A stretch of DNA of 64,000 nucleotides from Candidatus Latescibacterota bacterium (GTDB taxonomy: Bacteria > Krumholzibacteriota > Krumholzibacteriia > WVZY01 > JAKEHA01), in NCBI GenBank assembly GCA_963707635.1, contig OY970173.1, forward strand, positions 1,728,001 to 1,792,000, read 5' to 3'. How positions within the stretch are numbered: the stretch's first letter is position 1; each line of letters starts with the position of its first letter. This document shows positions 36,592 through 49,238 of the stretch, piece after piece. The notes below the pieces were generated by a model. That model did not search any database. It was not told where the DNA came from and saw only the letters and a program-made list of their open reading frames with translations. Both the position numbers and the translations under genes were made by a program.

Positions 36592-37443
36592 ATGAAGAAG
36601 ATCGGGGTACTCGGGTGCGGACTCATGGGGTCCGGTATCGCGCAGATCAGCGCGCTCGCCGGCTATACGACCACCGTGGTCGAAATCAACGACGCGATCC
36701 TCAAGCGCGGGCTGGGCATCATCGACGACTGGCTCGAGAAGGGGAAGCGGCGTGGCAAGATCACCGACGAGCAGGTCGCAACCGTGAAGAAGAACCTCAC
36801 CAGTTCGACCTTGATCGCGGCGCTCAAGGACTGCGACATCGTGATCGAAGCCGTCACGGAGAACACCGAGCTCAAGAAGCAGGTCTTCAAGCAGCTCTCC
36901 GATGTCACCCGCGCGGACGCGATCCTCGCCACCAACACCTCGTCGATCTCGGTCACCGAGATCGCCACCGTGGTGAAGAACCCCGAGCGCGTGGTCGGGA
37001 TGCACTTCTTCAACCCGGTGCCGGTGATGAAGCTGGTCGAGATCATCAAGGGACTCGCGACCACCGACGCCGTGATGGCGGCGAGCCGTGAATTCGCGCT
37101 GTCGGTCGGGAAGGAGCCGATCACCTGTCCCGACACGCCGGCCTTCGTGGTGAACAAACTGCTCATTCCGTATCTCCTGGACGCGGTGCGCATGGTGCAG
37201 GACGGGATCGCCACCCCGGAGGACGTGGACAAGGCGATGGTGCACGGGTGCGGCTACCCGATGGGCCCGATCACGCTCCTCGACTACGTGGGACTCGACA
37301 CGACGCTGCACGCCGCCGACGTGATGTACGCCGAGTTCCGCGAGACGAAATACGCCGCGCCGGTGCTGCTGCGCCGCATGGTGCAGGCGGGCCGCTGGGG
37401 CCGCAAGTCCGGCCAGGGCTTTTACCCGTACGAGAAGAAGTAG
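36592..37443 (+). CDS. hbd: 3-hydroxybutyryl-CoA dehydrogenase 2
   Basis: GCGLMGSGIA, ATNTSSIS, GMHFFNPVP, YPMGP. Confidence 0.92.
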   Translation: MKKIGVLGCGLMGSGIAQISALAGYTTTVVEINDAILKRGLGIIDDWLEKGKRRGKITDEQVATVKKNLTSSTLIAALKDCDIVIEAVTENTELKKQVFKQLSDVTRADAILATNTSSISVTEIATVVKNPERVVGMHFFNPVPVMKLVEIIKGLATTDAVMAASREFALSVGKEPITCPDTPAFVVNKLLIPYLLDAVRMVQDGIATPEDVDKAMVHGCGYPMGPITLLDYVGLDTTLHAADVMYAEFRETKYAAPVLLRRMVQAGRWGRKSGQGFYPYEKK

Positions 37444-37451
37444 GGGGCGAT

Positions 37452-38234
37452 ATGGATTTCCAGCACCTCCTCTATCAGGCGGCCGACGGGGTCGCGACCG
37501 TCACGATCAATCGCGCGCCGATGCTCAACGCTCTCTCCGCGGCCACCGTGCGCGAACTCGAGGGCGCCTTCGCCGCGGTCGAAGCCGACGCGAGTGTGCG
37601 CGTGCTCATCGTCACCGGCGCGGGCGACAAAGCGTTCGTGTCGGGCGCCGACATTGCGGAGTTGAAGGGGCTCGATCCTCCGGCTGGCGTGCGCACGTGC
37701 GAGTTCGGCCAGTCGGTGTTCCGCCGTCTCGAACGAATGGGCAAGCCGTCGATCGCCGCCATCAACGGCTACGCGCTCGGCGGCGGGTGCGAACTGGCGA
37801 TGTCCTGCACGATTCGCATCGCGGCCGAGACCGCGAAGCTGGGGCTGCCGGAAGTGACGCTCGGGGTGATCCCCGGTTACGGCGGCACGCAGCGCCTCCC
37901 GCGCATCGTGGGGCGCGGCACCGCGATGGACCTGATCCTCACCGGGCGCGCGATCGACGCCCAGGAGGCGCTCCGCATCGGCCTGGTGAGCCAGGTGGTC
38001 GCGCCCGGCGACCTGATGGAGACCGCGCGCAAGACCGCGCTGCGCATCATGCGCAACGGGCCGCTCGCGATTCGCGCCGCCATGGAGGCGGTCGATCAGG
38101 GTCTCGACGTGAGCCTCGAGGCCGGCTTGGCCCACGAGGCGTCGCTGTTCGGTCGCCTGTGCGCGACGAAGGACATGCACGAAGGGCTGAGCGCGTTCCT
38201 CGAGAAGCGCAAACCCGACTTCAAGGGACAGTAG
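37452..38234 (+). CDS. crt: Enoyl-CoA hydratase (crotonase)
   Basis: KAFVSGADI, INGYALGGGCELA, LPEVTLGVIPGYGGTQRL, AFLEKRKP. Confidence 0.92.
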   Translation: MDFQHLLYQAADGVATVTINRAPMLNALSAATVRELEGAFAAVEADASVRVLIVTGAGDKAFVSGADIAELKGLDPPAGVRTCEFGQSVFRRLERMGKPSIAAINGYALGGGCELAMSCTIRIAAETAKLGLPEVTLGVIPGYGGTQRLPRIVGRGTAMDLILTGRAIDAQEALRIGLVSQVVAPGDLMETARKTALRIMRNGPLAIRAAMEAVDQGLDVSLEAGLAHEASLFGRLCATKDMHEGLSAFLEKRKPDFKGQ

Positions 38235-38245
38235 GTCGAGCACGA

Positions 38246-38289
38246 GCGGGTGGCCGCCGTGGGCTGTTGGACGACAGGACCCGCGGCGA
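38246..38289. repeat. Degenerate, internally deleted family A element in inverted orientation
   Basis: CGACAGGACCCGCGGCGA is the reverse complement of the left end of copy 2; GCGGGTGGC matches the reverse complement of the right end. Confidence 0.65.
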
Positions 38290-38317
38290 GCCGGAAGGAC
38301 GAAGCAAAGGACTCATC

Positions 38318-39487
38318 ATGAAGCGATTTGATGGATTCGACTATATCTTGCTGGACGCCCGCCTCTCGGACGACGAGAAGATGGTGCGCGACACCGTGCG
38401 TTCCTTCGTGGAGGAGATGGCGCTCCCGCGGTTCATGGAGCACTACGAGAAGGGGACCTTTCCCTCCGAACTCGTGAAACCGCTCGCACAGCTCGGCGTC
38501 TTCGGCGCCACCATCCACGGCTACGAGTGCGCGGGACTCAACAATGTGGCCTACGGGCTGATGATGCAGGAGCTCGAGCGCTGCGACTCCGGGTTGCGCA
38601 GCTTCGCGTCGGTGCAGTCGGCGCTGGTCATGTACCCGATTCACGCCTTCGGCACCGAGGAGCACAAGACGAAGTGGCTCCCGAAGCTCGCCAAGGGCGA
38701 GGTCATCGGATGCTTCGGGCTCACCGAGGCGGATTTCGGCTCGAACCCGGGCGGCATGCTCACCAAGGCGGTCGCCGACGGCAAGGACTACGTGCTCAAC
38801 GGCTCCAAGATGTGGATCACCAACGGCGTCGCGTCGAATGTGGCCGTGGTGTGGGCGAAACTCGACGGCGAAGTGACCGGGTTCATCGTGGAACGCGATC
38901 GCAAGGGCTTCGAGGCGCGCCCGGTCAAGTACAAGCTCTCCATGCGCGCGAGCGACACCGCGGAGCTCGTCATAGATGAAGTTCGCATTCCAAAGGAGAA
39001 TCGTCTGCCCGGCGCGGTGGGGCTCAAGACCGCGCTCATGTGCTTGAATCAGGCGCGCTACGGGATCGCGTGGGGCGTGCTGGGTGCGGCGATGGCGTGC
39101 CTGCACGAGGCGCTCGAATACAGCAAGGACCGCATCATGTTCACGCGACCCATCGCGGGCTTCCAGCTCACCCAGAAGAAGCTCGCCGACATGGCCACCG
39201 AGATCTCGCTGGCGCAGCTCCTGTGCCTCCAGCTCGGGCGCCTCAAGGACGAGGGCAAGCTCAAGTTCTCGCAGGTCTCGATGGCGAAGCGCAACAACGT
39301 GCGCAAGGCGCTGGAGATCGCGCGCACGGCGCGCGGCATTCTGGGCGCGAACGGCATCTCGGGCGAGTATCAGTCCATGCGCCACATGTGTAATCTGGAG
39401 ACCGTCGACACGTACGAAGGCACGTACGAGATCCACACCCTGATCATCGGCCACGAGCTGACGGGGATCCCGGCGTACGATTCGTAA
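38318..39487 (+). CDS. gcdH: Glutaryl-CoA dehydrogenase-like acyl-CoA dehydrogenase
   Basis: ELERCDSGLRSFASVQS, CFGLTEADFGSNP, CLNQARYGIAWG, NLETVDTYEGT. Confidence 0.85.
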   Translation: MKRFDGFDYILLDARLSDDEKMVRDTVRSFVEEMALPRFMEHYEKGTFPSELVKPLAQLGVFGATIHGYECAGLNNVAYGLMMQELERCDSGLRSFASVQSALVMYPIHAFGTEEHKTKWLPKLAKGEVIGCFGLTEADFGSNPGGMLTKAVADGKDYVLNGSKMWITNGVASNVAVVWAKLDGEVTGFIVERDRKGFEARPVKYKLSMRASDTAELVIDEVRIPKENRLPGAVGLKTALMCLNQARYGIAWGVLGAAMACLHEALEYSKDRIMFTRPIAGFQLTQKKLADMATEISLAQLLCLQLGRLKDEGKLKFSQVSMAKRNNVRKALEIARTARGILGANGISGEYQSMRHMCNLETVDTYEGTYEIHTLIIGHELTGIPAYDS

Positions 39488-39502
39488 CCGGAAGGCGGCG
39501 AC

Positions 39503-40699
39503 ATGACGAAGCAGATCGTGATTCTGGGCGGGGCGCGGACCCCGATGGCGGAATGGGTGGGCGGCAAGCGCGGCGACGGCGAGCCGGGCGGCGCGCTCAA
39601 GGACGTCTCGGCCATCGACCTCGGGGTCGTGGCCGCGAAGGGCGCCCTGGCGAAAACCGGCGTCCCCGCGGACCGGATCGACCACGTGGTGATGGGCAAC
39701 GCGCTCCAGACCAGCGGCGATGCCATCTACGGGGCGCGCCACGTCGCACTCAAGGCCGGCGTGCCGCAGCGCGTGCCGGCGCTCACGGTCAACCGCCTGT
39801 GCGGGTCGGGTATCCAGTCGATCATCGATGGCTCCTATATCATCGGCGAGGGGTACGATTACGTGCTGGCCGGCGGCATGGAGAACATGAGCCAGGCGCC
39901 GCACGTGATTCGCGGCACGCGCTCGGGCTTCAAGCTCGGCCAGGGCCAGCTCGAGGATTCGCTGCTGGTGGCGCTGAAGGATTCGTACTGCGGGCTCCTG
40001 ATGGCGCAGACAGCGGAGAAGCTCGCGCGGCGGCTCGGGATTCCACGCGAGGAGCAGGATGCGTATGCGCTGCGCAGCACGCACCTGGGCGAGAAAGCGG
40101 CGACCGGCGGCGTGTTCGTCGACGAAGTCGTGCCGGTGGAGCTCAAGCGCGGCCGGGTGGAGCGTGACGACCACTTCTTCGTCCACGCCACCCTGGAAGG
40201 CCTCGCGAAACTCAAGCCCGCGTTCGGCGACGATGGCACCGTCACCGCCGGCAACGCGAGCGGGATGGTCGACGGCGCCGCGTGCGTGGTCCTGGCAGCC
40301 GCCGACGCGGCCAAGCGCGACGGACTCAAGCCCGTCGCGGAGATCGTCGGGTGGCACGTGGTCGGGGTCGACCCGTCCGAGATGGGCATCGGGCCGGCGC
40401 CCGCCATCCGCGGGCTGCTCGAAAAGACGAAGCTCTCGCTGACCGACATCGATCTCTTCGAGATCAACGAGGCATTCGCGGCGCAGTATCTGGCGGTCGA
40501 AAAGGACCTGGGCCTGGATCGCGAGCGGAGCAATGTGAACGGCGGCGCGATCGCGCTGGGCCACCCGCTGGGTGCCACCGGCACACGGCTGGTGCTGACG
40601 CTCGCGCGCGAGCTGACCGCGCGGCGCAAGACCTACGGCATCGCGAGCGCGTGCATTGGCGGCGGTCAGGGCATCGCAATTCTGATCAAGAGGCTCTAG
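39503..40699 (+). CDS. Thiolase 3
   Basis: VNRLCGSG, NEAF, GHPLGATG, CIGGGQG. Confidence 0.93.
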   Translation: MTKQIVILGGARTPMAEWVGGKRGDGEPGGALKDVSAIDLGVVAAKGALAKTGVPADRIDHVVMGNALQTSGDAIYGARHVALKAGVPQRVPALTVNRLCGSGIQSIIDGSYIIGEGYDYVLAGGMENMSQAPHVIRGTRSGFKLGQGQLEDSLLVALKDSYCGLLMAQTAEKLARRLGIPREEQDAYALRSTHLGEKAATGGVFVDEVVPVELKRGRVERDDHFFVHATLEGLAKLKPAFGDDGTVTAGNASGMVDGAACVVLAAADAAKRDGLKPVAEIVGWHVVGVDPSEMGIGPAPAIRGLLEKTKLSLTDIDLFEINEAFAAQYLAVEKDLGLDRERSNVNGGAIALGHPLGATGTRLVLTLARELTARRKTYGIASACIGGGQGIAILIKRL

Positions 40700-40708
40700 A
40701 GGACTTTG

Positions 40709-40801
40709 GCGGGCGATATGTCGGACGGTGCGCGATCTCGCGAGTCGCGTATACCAACTTGTGCGCGCGAGCGGTGAGCGCGAGTCCGACATATCGCCCG
40801 C
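40709..40801. repeat. Nested-hairpin intergenic element, family B copy 2
   Basis: Perfect 18-bp IR GCGGGCGATATGTCGGAC/GTCCGACATATCGCCCGC enclosing an inner hairpin with CAACT in the loop. Confidence 0.8.
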
Positions 40802-40823
40802 AAGGAAGCTAAGAAAGGAAGAC

Positions 40824-41873
40824 ATGGCAACCATTGCAGTGATTCCCGGCGACGGCGTCGGACCCGAAGTGACCGACGAGGCCCTGCGCGTGCTCAAGCG
40901 CGTCAGCGAAATCGAGGGCCTCAAGTTCGACACCATCGCGTACCCGTTCGGCGCCGACCACTACCTGCGCACCGGTGAGCTCATGCCCGCCGGCGTGCTC
41001 GAGGAGTTCAAGCAGATGGACGCGATCCTGCTCGGCGCCATCGGCGACCCGCGCGTCGAGACCGGCATCCTGGAGCGCGCCATCATCGGCGGGGTGCGCT
41101 GGAACCTGGACATGTACATCAACCTCCGGCCTATCAAGCTCTACGCCGAATACCTTTGTCCGCTCAAGGACAAGAAGCCGGCCGACATCGACATGGTGTT
41201 CGTGCGCGAGAACACGGAGGACCTCTATATTGGAATGGGAGGCCACTTCAAGAAGGGCACGCCGGACGAAGTGGCCATCCAGCAGATGATCATGACGCGC
41301 AAGGGAGTCGAGCGAGCGGTGCGCTACGCGTTCGATCTCACGCGCAAGCGGGGCAAGCGCAAGAAGCTCACGCTGATCGACAAGGCCAACGCCATCGGTG
41401 CCATGGAAATCTGGACGCGCACCTTCGAGGAAGTCGGGCGCGAGTACCCCGACATCGAGCGCGACCACGCGTTCATCGACGCGGCCTGCATGTGGATGGT
41501 GAAGAACCCCGAGTGGTTCGACGTGGCGGTCACCGGCAACATGATGGGGGATATCATCACGGATCTGGGCGCGGCCATTTCGGGCGGGTTGGGTATCGCC
41601 GCTTCCGGCAACATCCACCCGGGCCGCGTCAGCATGTTCGAACCCATCCACGGGTCGGCACCGAAACATGCCGGCAAGGGGCTGATTTGTCCCCTGGCGA
41701 CGATCAGCGCGGTACAGATGATGCTCGACTATCTGGGGCACGCGTCGGCGTCGGCCAGGATCGAGACAGCGCTGGCCAGGGCCCTGACAGGCGGGGAGAT
41801 CCGCTCGCTCTCGACCTCGAGTGGGATGAAGACCAGTCAGTACACGGACGTGGTCCTGAAGCATCTGAACTAG
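40824..41873 (+). CDS. leuB: Isocitrate/isopropylmalate dehydrogenase family (LeuB type 2-like)
   Basis: PGDGVGPEV, YINLRP, RENTED, DKAN, NMMGDIITDLGA, MFEPIHGSAP. Confidence 0.75.
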   Translation: MATIAVIPGDGVGPEVTDEALRVLKRVSEIEGLKFDTIAYPFGADHYLRTGELMPAGVLEEFKQMDAILLGAIGDPRVETGILERAIIGGVRWNLDMYINLRPIKLYAEYLCPLKDKKPADIDMVFVRENTEDLYIGMGGHFKKGTPDEVAIQQMIMTRKGVERAVRYAFDLTRKRGKRKKLTLIDKANAIGAMEIWTRTFEEVGREYPDIERDHAFIDAACMWMVKNPEWFDVAVTGNMMGDIITDLGAAISGGLGIAASGNIHPGRVSMFEPIHGSAPKHAGKGLICPLATISAVQMMLDYLGHASASARIETALARALTGGEIRSLSTSSGMKTSQYTDVVLKHLN

Positions 41874-41907
41874 CGGAGTGTTATAACTTAAATTATACTA
41901 ATATCTT

Positions 41908-41992
41908 GCGAGAGTGGCGGAACTGGCAGACGCGCTGGATTTAGGATCCAGTGGGGAAACTCGTGGGGGTTCGACTCCCCCCTCTCGCACCA
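41908..41992 (+). tRNA. tRNA-Leu(TAG)
   Basis: Acceptor stem GCGAGAG/CTCTCGC, anticodon arm CTGGA-TTTAGGA-TCCAG (TAG at 41942-41944), long variable arm, GGTTCGACTCC, encoded CCA. Confidence 0.97.
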
Positions 41993-42004
41993 ATACGGAG
42001 CACC

Positions 42005-43381
42005 ATGAATCCTTCGGCCCACGATCACGAGCACGACCACGATCACCACGATCACCACGATCATGACCATGACCACGCGCATGGCCATCTCCACGCTCCC
42101 GTGCCGGAACGGGCTTTCACGGTGGCGGTCGCGCGGCCGAGCGAGACCCGGCGAGTACTTTCCATCCAGGTGCCCGCGGAGGAGATGGAGAAGGAGCGCG
42201 CCGACGTCCTGGCGGGGCTTCGGCGGGAGCTACGAATCCCGGGGTTCCGAAAGGGGAAAGTGCCCGTCGGAATCATCCAAAAGCACTACGCCGACGTCAT
42301 CCAGAGCGATGCGGTCCGAAACCTGCTTCCGGCGGTTTTCGAACAGGCACTCGAACGAGAACGCCTGTTCCCCCTCGGCGATCCGCACTTCGAAAACGTG
42401 CGCTTCGAGGAGGGCGGGATCGCATTCGATGTTCGTATCGACGTGCGGCCCGAGATCAAGCTGAAGGACTACACCGGGATCACGGTCGACGTGCCCCGGC
42501 ACCCGGTCGAGGACGGCGACGTCGACAAGGCGGTCGAGTCGCTGCGGGAACGGCTGGCGATTTTCGAGACGGTTAACCGGCCCGCGGGCGAGACCGACTA
42601 CCTGGTGATCGATTACGTGCCGCTGACCCCGAGCGGTGAGCCGGAAGAGAAATCGCGGGTCAAGGGCTACCCGGTCACCCTGGCGAGCGATAGTCTCCTG
42701 GAGGAATTCCGGACCGGGCTCGCCGGCGCGAAAGCCGGGGACGACAAGGAGATCAAGGTGATTTACCCGGCCGACTTCAGCGACACCGCCGTGGCGGGGA
42801 CGAGTCGGACGTTTCGGGTGCACGTGAACGAGATCAAGGAAAAGATGCTCCCCGAACTCAACGATAGTTTCGCGAAGCGGATCGACGAGACCGCCGGCAG
42901 CCTGCTCGAGCTTCGCCTGCGGATCCGCCGCCAGCTCGAGGCCGAGGAAGAGGGGCGGCACCGGCAGGAAGCCGACGAGAAGATCATCGACGCCATCCTG
43001 GCGGCCAACCCCTTCGAGGTGCCCGAGGTGATGGTGGAGAATTACCTCGCGTCGCTGGTGACCGAGGACCGCCGCCAGCGCGGCCCGGTGCCCGATGAGG
43101 CGGCGAGGGAGAACGAAATCCGCCAGGCGTTCCGGACCTCGGCCGAGCGGGTGATTCGCAAGTATTTCGTCCTGGACGCCGTGAAGCGCCAGGAGAAGCT
43201 GGAGGTTTCCGGCGCGGAAATCGACGAGCGCCTGCGCATGGTAGCCGAGCGGCTGGGCAAGCCCGAGGCCGAGGTTCGCCAGCACATGGCGGGTGCGAAG
43301 CAGCGGCGGGGGCTGGAAAGCGACATGCTCGACGAGAAGACCATGGGGTTCCTGCGGGAGCGCTCGACGGTGCGGGCGTAG
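42005..43381 (+). CDS. tig: Trigger factor with His/Asp-rich N-terminal extension
   Basis: [10 protein letters not shown] ribosome-binding motif; tRNA-Leu-tig-clpP-clpX-lon synteny; GGAG RBS before ATG 42005. Confidence 0.93.
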   Translation: MNPSAHDHEHDHDHHDHHDHDHDHAHGHLHAPVPERAFTVAVARPSETRRVLSIQVPAEEMEKERADVLAGLRRELRIPGFRKGKVPVGIIQKHYADVIQSDAVRNLLPAVFEQALERERLFPLGDPHFENVRFEEGGIAFDVRIDVRPEIKLKDYTGITVDVPRHPVEDGDVDKAVESLRERLAIFETVNRPAGETDYLVIDYVPLTPSGEPEEKSRVKGYPVTLASDSLLEEFRTGLAGAKAGDDKEIKVIYPADFSDTAVAGTSRTFRVHVNEIKEKMLPELNDSFAKRIDETAGSLLELRLRIRRQLEAEEEGRHRQEADEKIIDAILAANPFEVPEVMVENYLASLVTEDRRQRGPVPDEAARENEIRQAFRTSAERVIRKYFVLDAVKRQEKLEVSGAEIDERLRMVAERLGKPEAEVRQHMAGAKQRRGLESDMLDEKTMGFLRERSTVRA

Positions 43382-43463
43382 GCCCCGAAACGGCCTACGG
43401 TTTGCCTTTGGGCCGGGACGCGGTGTAGATTATATTGCCCCCGTCGGTAGAGAGAGGAAGGAC

Positions 43464-44098
43464 ATGACCGAACGACTCCATATTCCGGTTCCGTTCGTGA
43501 TCGAACAGACGGGGCGCTATGAGCGCTCGTACGACATCTACTCGCGCCTGCTCAAGGACCGCATCGTCTTTCTGGGCACGCCGATCGACGACACCGTGTC
43601 GAATCTGATCGTCGCCCAGATGCTGTTCCTCGAGGCCGAGGACGCCGAGCGCGACATCTTCCTCTACATCAACAGCCCGGGCGGCCACATCTCCGCCGGG
43701 ATGGCCATCTACGACACCATGCAGTACATCCGCCCCGACGTGGCGACCATCTGCATGGGCCAGGCGGCGAGCATGGCGGCGGTGCTGCTCGCGTCCGGAG
43801 CCAGGGGCAAGCGCTCCGGGCTCCCGAACTCGCGGGTCATGATCCACCAGCCGTCCGGTGCGTCGGAGGGTCAGGCGGCGAGCATCGAGATCTACACCAA
43901 GGAGATCCTGCGCTGGCGCGAGCGGCTCAACACGATCCTGGCCGAACACACCGGCCAGCCGGTCAAGAAGATCGCGAAGGACACCGACCGCGACTATTTC
44001 ATGTCGGCGGACGAAGCCAAGGAATACGGAATCATCGACGGTATTTTCGTGAATCGTCCCGAGACGCGCGGCACCGACCACCGTGAGGCCAACGCGGC

Positions 44099-44102
<4 letters not shown>
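43464..44102 (+). CDS. clpP: ATP-dependent Clp protease proteolytic subunit
   Basis: [35 protein letters not shown]. Confidence 0.97.
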
Positions 44103-45352
<1,250 letters not shown>

Positions 45353-45437
45353 CGCGTGCCGGCCGGCCGGTTCCTGATTCTTCTCGACACATTCTTTTGC
45401 TTCGTGACACCCTCCCGGTTGGGAGAAAGGATTCTGC

Positions 45438-47870
<2,433 letters not shown>

Positions 47871-47880
47871 CGCGACTCCG

Positions 47881-48246
47881 CTACTTGTTCGTCTCCCACA
47901 GGCCGCAGATGTTTCCCTGCGGGTCCACGATGGCCGCATAGGCGCCCATGCCGGGCACCTCGGTCTTCGGCAGCGCCACCTTCGCGCCGAGCTTCGTCGC
48001 CTTGCCGATGGTCGCGTCGATGCTCTCCACGTCGACATAGTTCATCCACGGCTGCTGGGGATGCTGCCGCTGCATCACGGCGCCGCTCATGCCCGCTTCG
48101 CCGGAGCCGGTGGTACACATCCAGTACTCGGGCCCGGGCATCTGCATCTTCTGAAACGTCCACCCGAACACATCGCCGTAGAAACGGGTCAGGGCCTCGG
48201 GCTGGTTGGCCGGGATCTCGAAATGAACGACGCGGTTACTGGCCAT
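47881..48246 (-). CDS. VOC/glyoxalase family protein
   Basis: VVHFEIPA, FYGDVFGW, DPQGNICGLWE. Confidence 0.88.
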   Translation of the reverse strand: MASNRVVHFEIPANQPEALTRFYGDVFGWTFQKMQMPGPEYWMCTTGSGEAGMSGAVMQRQHPQQPWMNYVDVESIDATIGKATKLGAKVALPKTEVPGMGAYAAIVDPQGNICGLWETNK

Positions 48247-48285
48247 GTCTGGGCTCCTTTGGGTTTGGGGTCGTTGATAGGGTTC

Positions 48286-48669
48286 CTACGGTGTTCGTGG
48301 CGTTCGGGATGCACCGGCACGCAAGTTTCTGGGAGGGTTGGCCGCAGGCTTGCCTTTGCGACGCGGACGCCGCCGGTTCATCTGAAGTCGCTCCCGCACG
48401 TCGTCCGGATAGAACTGGAACGTTTTCTTGAGCAATGCCCGCAGCTCCGCGAGCATCGGGTAACGGGGATTGAACGAGAACACGCGGGTCTTTCCCACGG
48501 TGCGGCTGACGAACACGCCACCGGCTTCGAATTTCGCGAGTTGTTTCTGGATCGGGTCCAGGCCCGTATTGAAAAAGCGCGCGATCTCCCGTGCGTAGCC
48601 TTCCTGGCGCGCGAGCATAAAGATCAGGACTCTCTCGCTGCTGGACGATCCTACGATAGCTTCAATCAT
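48286..48669 (-). CDS. Winged-helix DNA-binding protein
   Basis: EGYAREIARFF...IQKQLAKFEAGGVFVSRTVGKTRVFSFNPRYP; tandem palindromes upstream. Confidence 0.75.
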   Translation of the reverse strand: MIEAIVGSSSSERVLIFMLARQEGYAREIARFFNTGLDPIQKQLAKFEAGGVFVSRTVGKTRVFSFNPRYPMLAELRALLKKTFQFYPDDVRERLQMNRRRPRRKGKPAANPPRNLRAGASRTPRTP

Positions 48670-48673
48670 GATA

Positions 48674-48714
48674 TGACCTCATTTATAGGTCGTTTGACCT
48701 ACTAATAAGGTCAA
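48674..48714. promoter_or_regulatory. Two tandem palindromic operators TGACCT-N7-AGGTCR
   Basis: TGACCT-CATTTAT-AGGTCG (48674-48692) and TTGACCT-ACTAATA-AGGTCAA (48694-48714). Confidence 0.75.
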
Positions 48715-48761
48715 GATATTCGCATGGCCGTGAGTTGCAAGCTCCCTTTTCAGGCTCGGTG

Positions 48762-49238
48762 CTATGACTTTCCGGCGGTCTTGGCCGCCCGTCGCGGACG
48801 CTGCTTGGCGGACACAGACCTGATGACGAGCTTGTGCTTCCCCTTCGGGTCCATCGGCACCTTTGCCCGGTCGAGCGCCGCCTTGATCAGCGCGCGCACA
48901 TCGGCCTGGTCCAGCGTGGCGACCGATTCGAGCCGGAGGTTGCGCACCACGTTTCCGCTTCCTCGCAGCAGTTTCTTCGGGTCGGGCAGGCCTGCACCCT
49001 GGAGAAAACACAGGCTCACCCCTTTCGCCTGCGCCGCGATCGAGAAGATGACTTCCGACGGCCTCTCACTCGGCCCGTAGCCGATTACGAAGAAGTTGTA
49101 GTTGTCGTACACCAGCTCGATCGCATTCGGAAGCCGCTCGCGCATTTTCTTCCGCGCCGCGCGGATGAGCGTCGCCATCTCGGGCGTGAACTTGGCGATG
49201 AAGCCGGCGAGCTGCTTTTCGGGCGTTTCGGTTTTCAT
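48762..49238 (-). CDS. DUF1801-like protein
   Basis: ELVYDNYNFFVIGY, LPDPKKLLRGSGNVVR; start overlaps upstream stop. Confidence 0.75.
   Translation of the reverse strand: MKTETPEKQLAGFIAKFTPEMATLIRAARKKMRERLPNAIELVYDNYNFFVIGYGPSERPSEVIFSIAAQAKGVSLCFLQGAGLPDPKKLLRGSGNVVRNLRLESVATLDQADVRALIKAALDRAKVPMDPKGKHKLVIRSVSAKQRPRRAAKTAGKS

Noticed and set aside
41908..41992. tRNA-Leu as an island integration site
   Set aside because: Followed directly by tig; no duplicated 3' end or integrase seen
42020..42095. GAYCAY tandem repeats as CRISPR or a non-coding VNTR
   Set aside because: They encode the His/Asp tract of tig; no repeat-spacer structure or cas genes in the window
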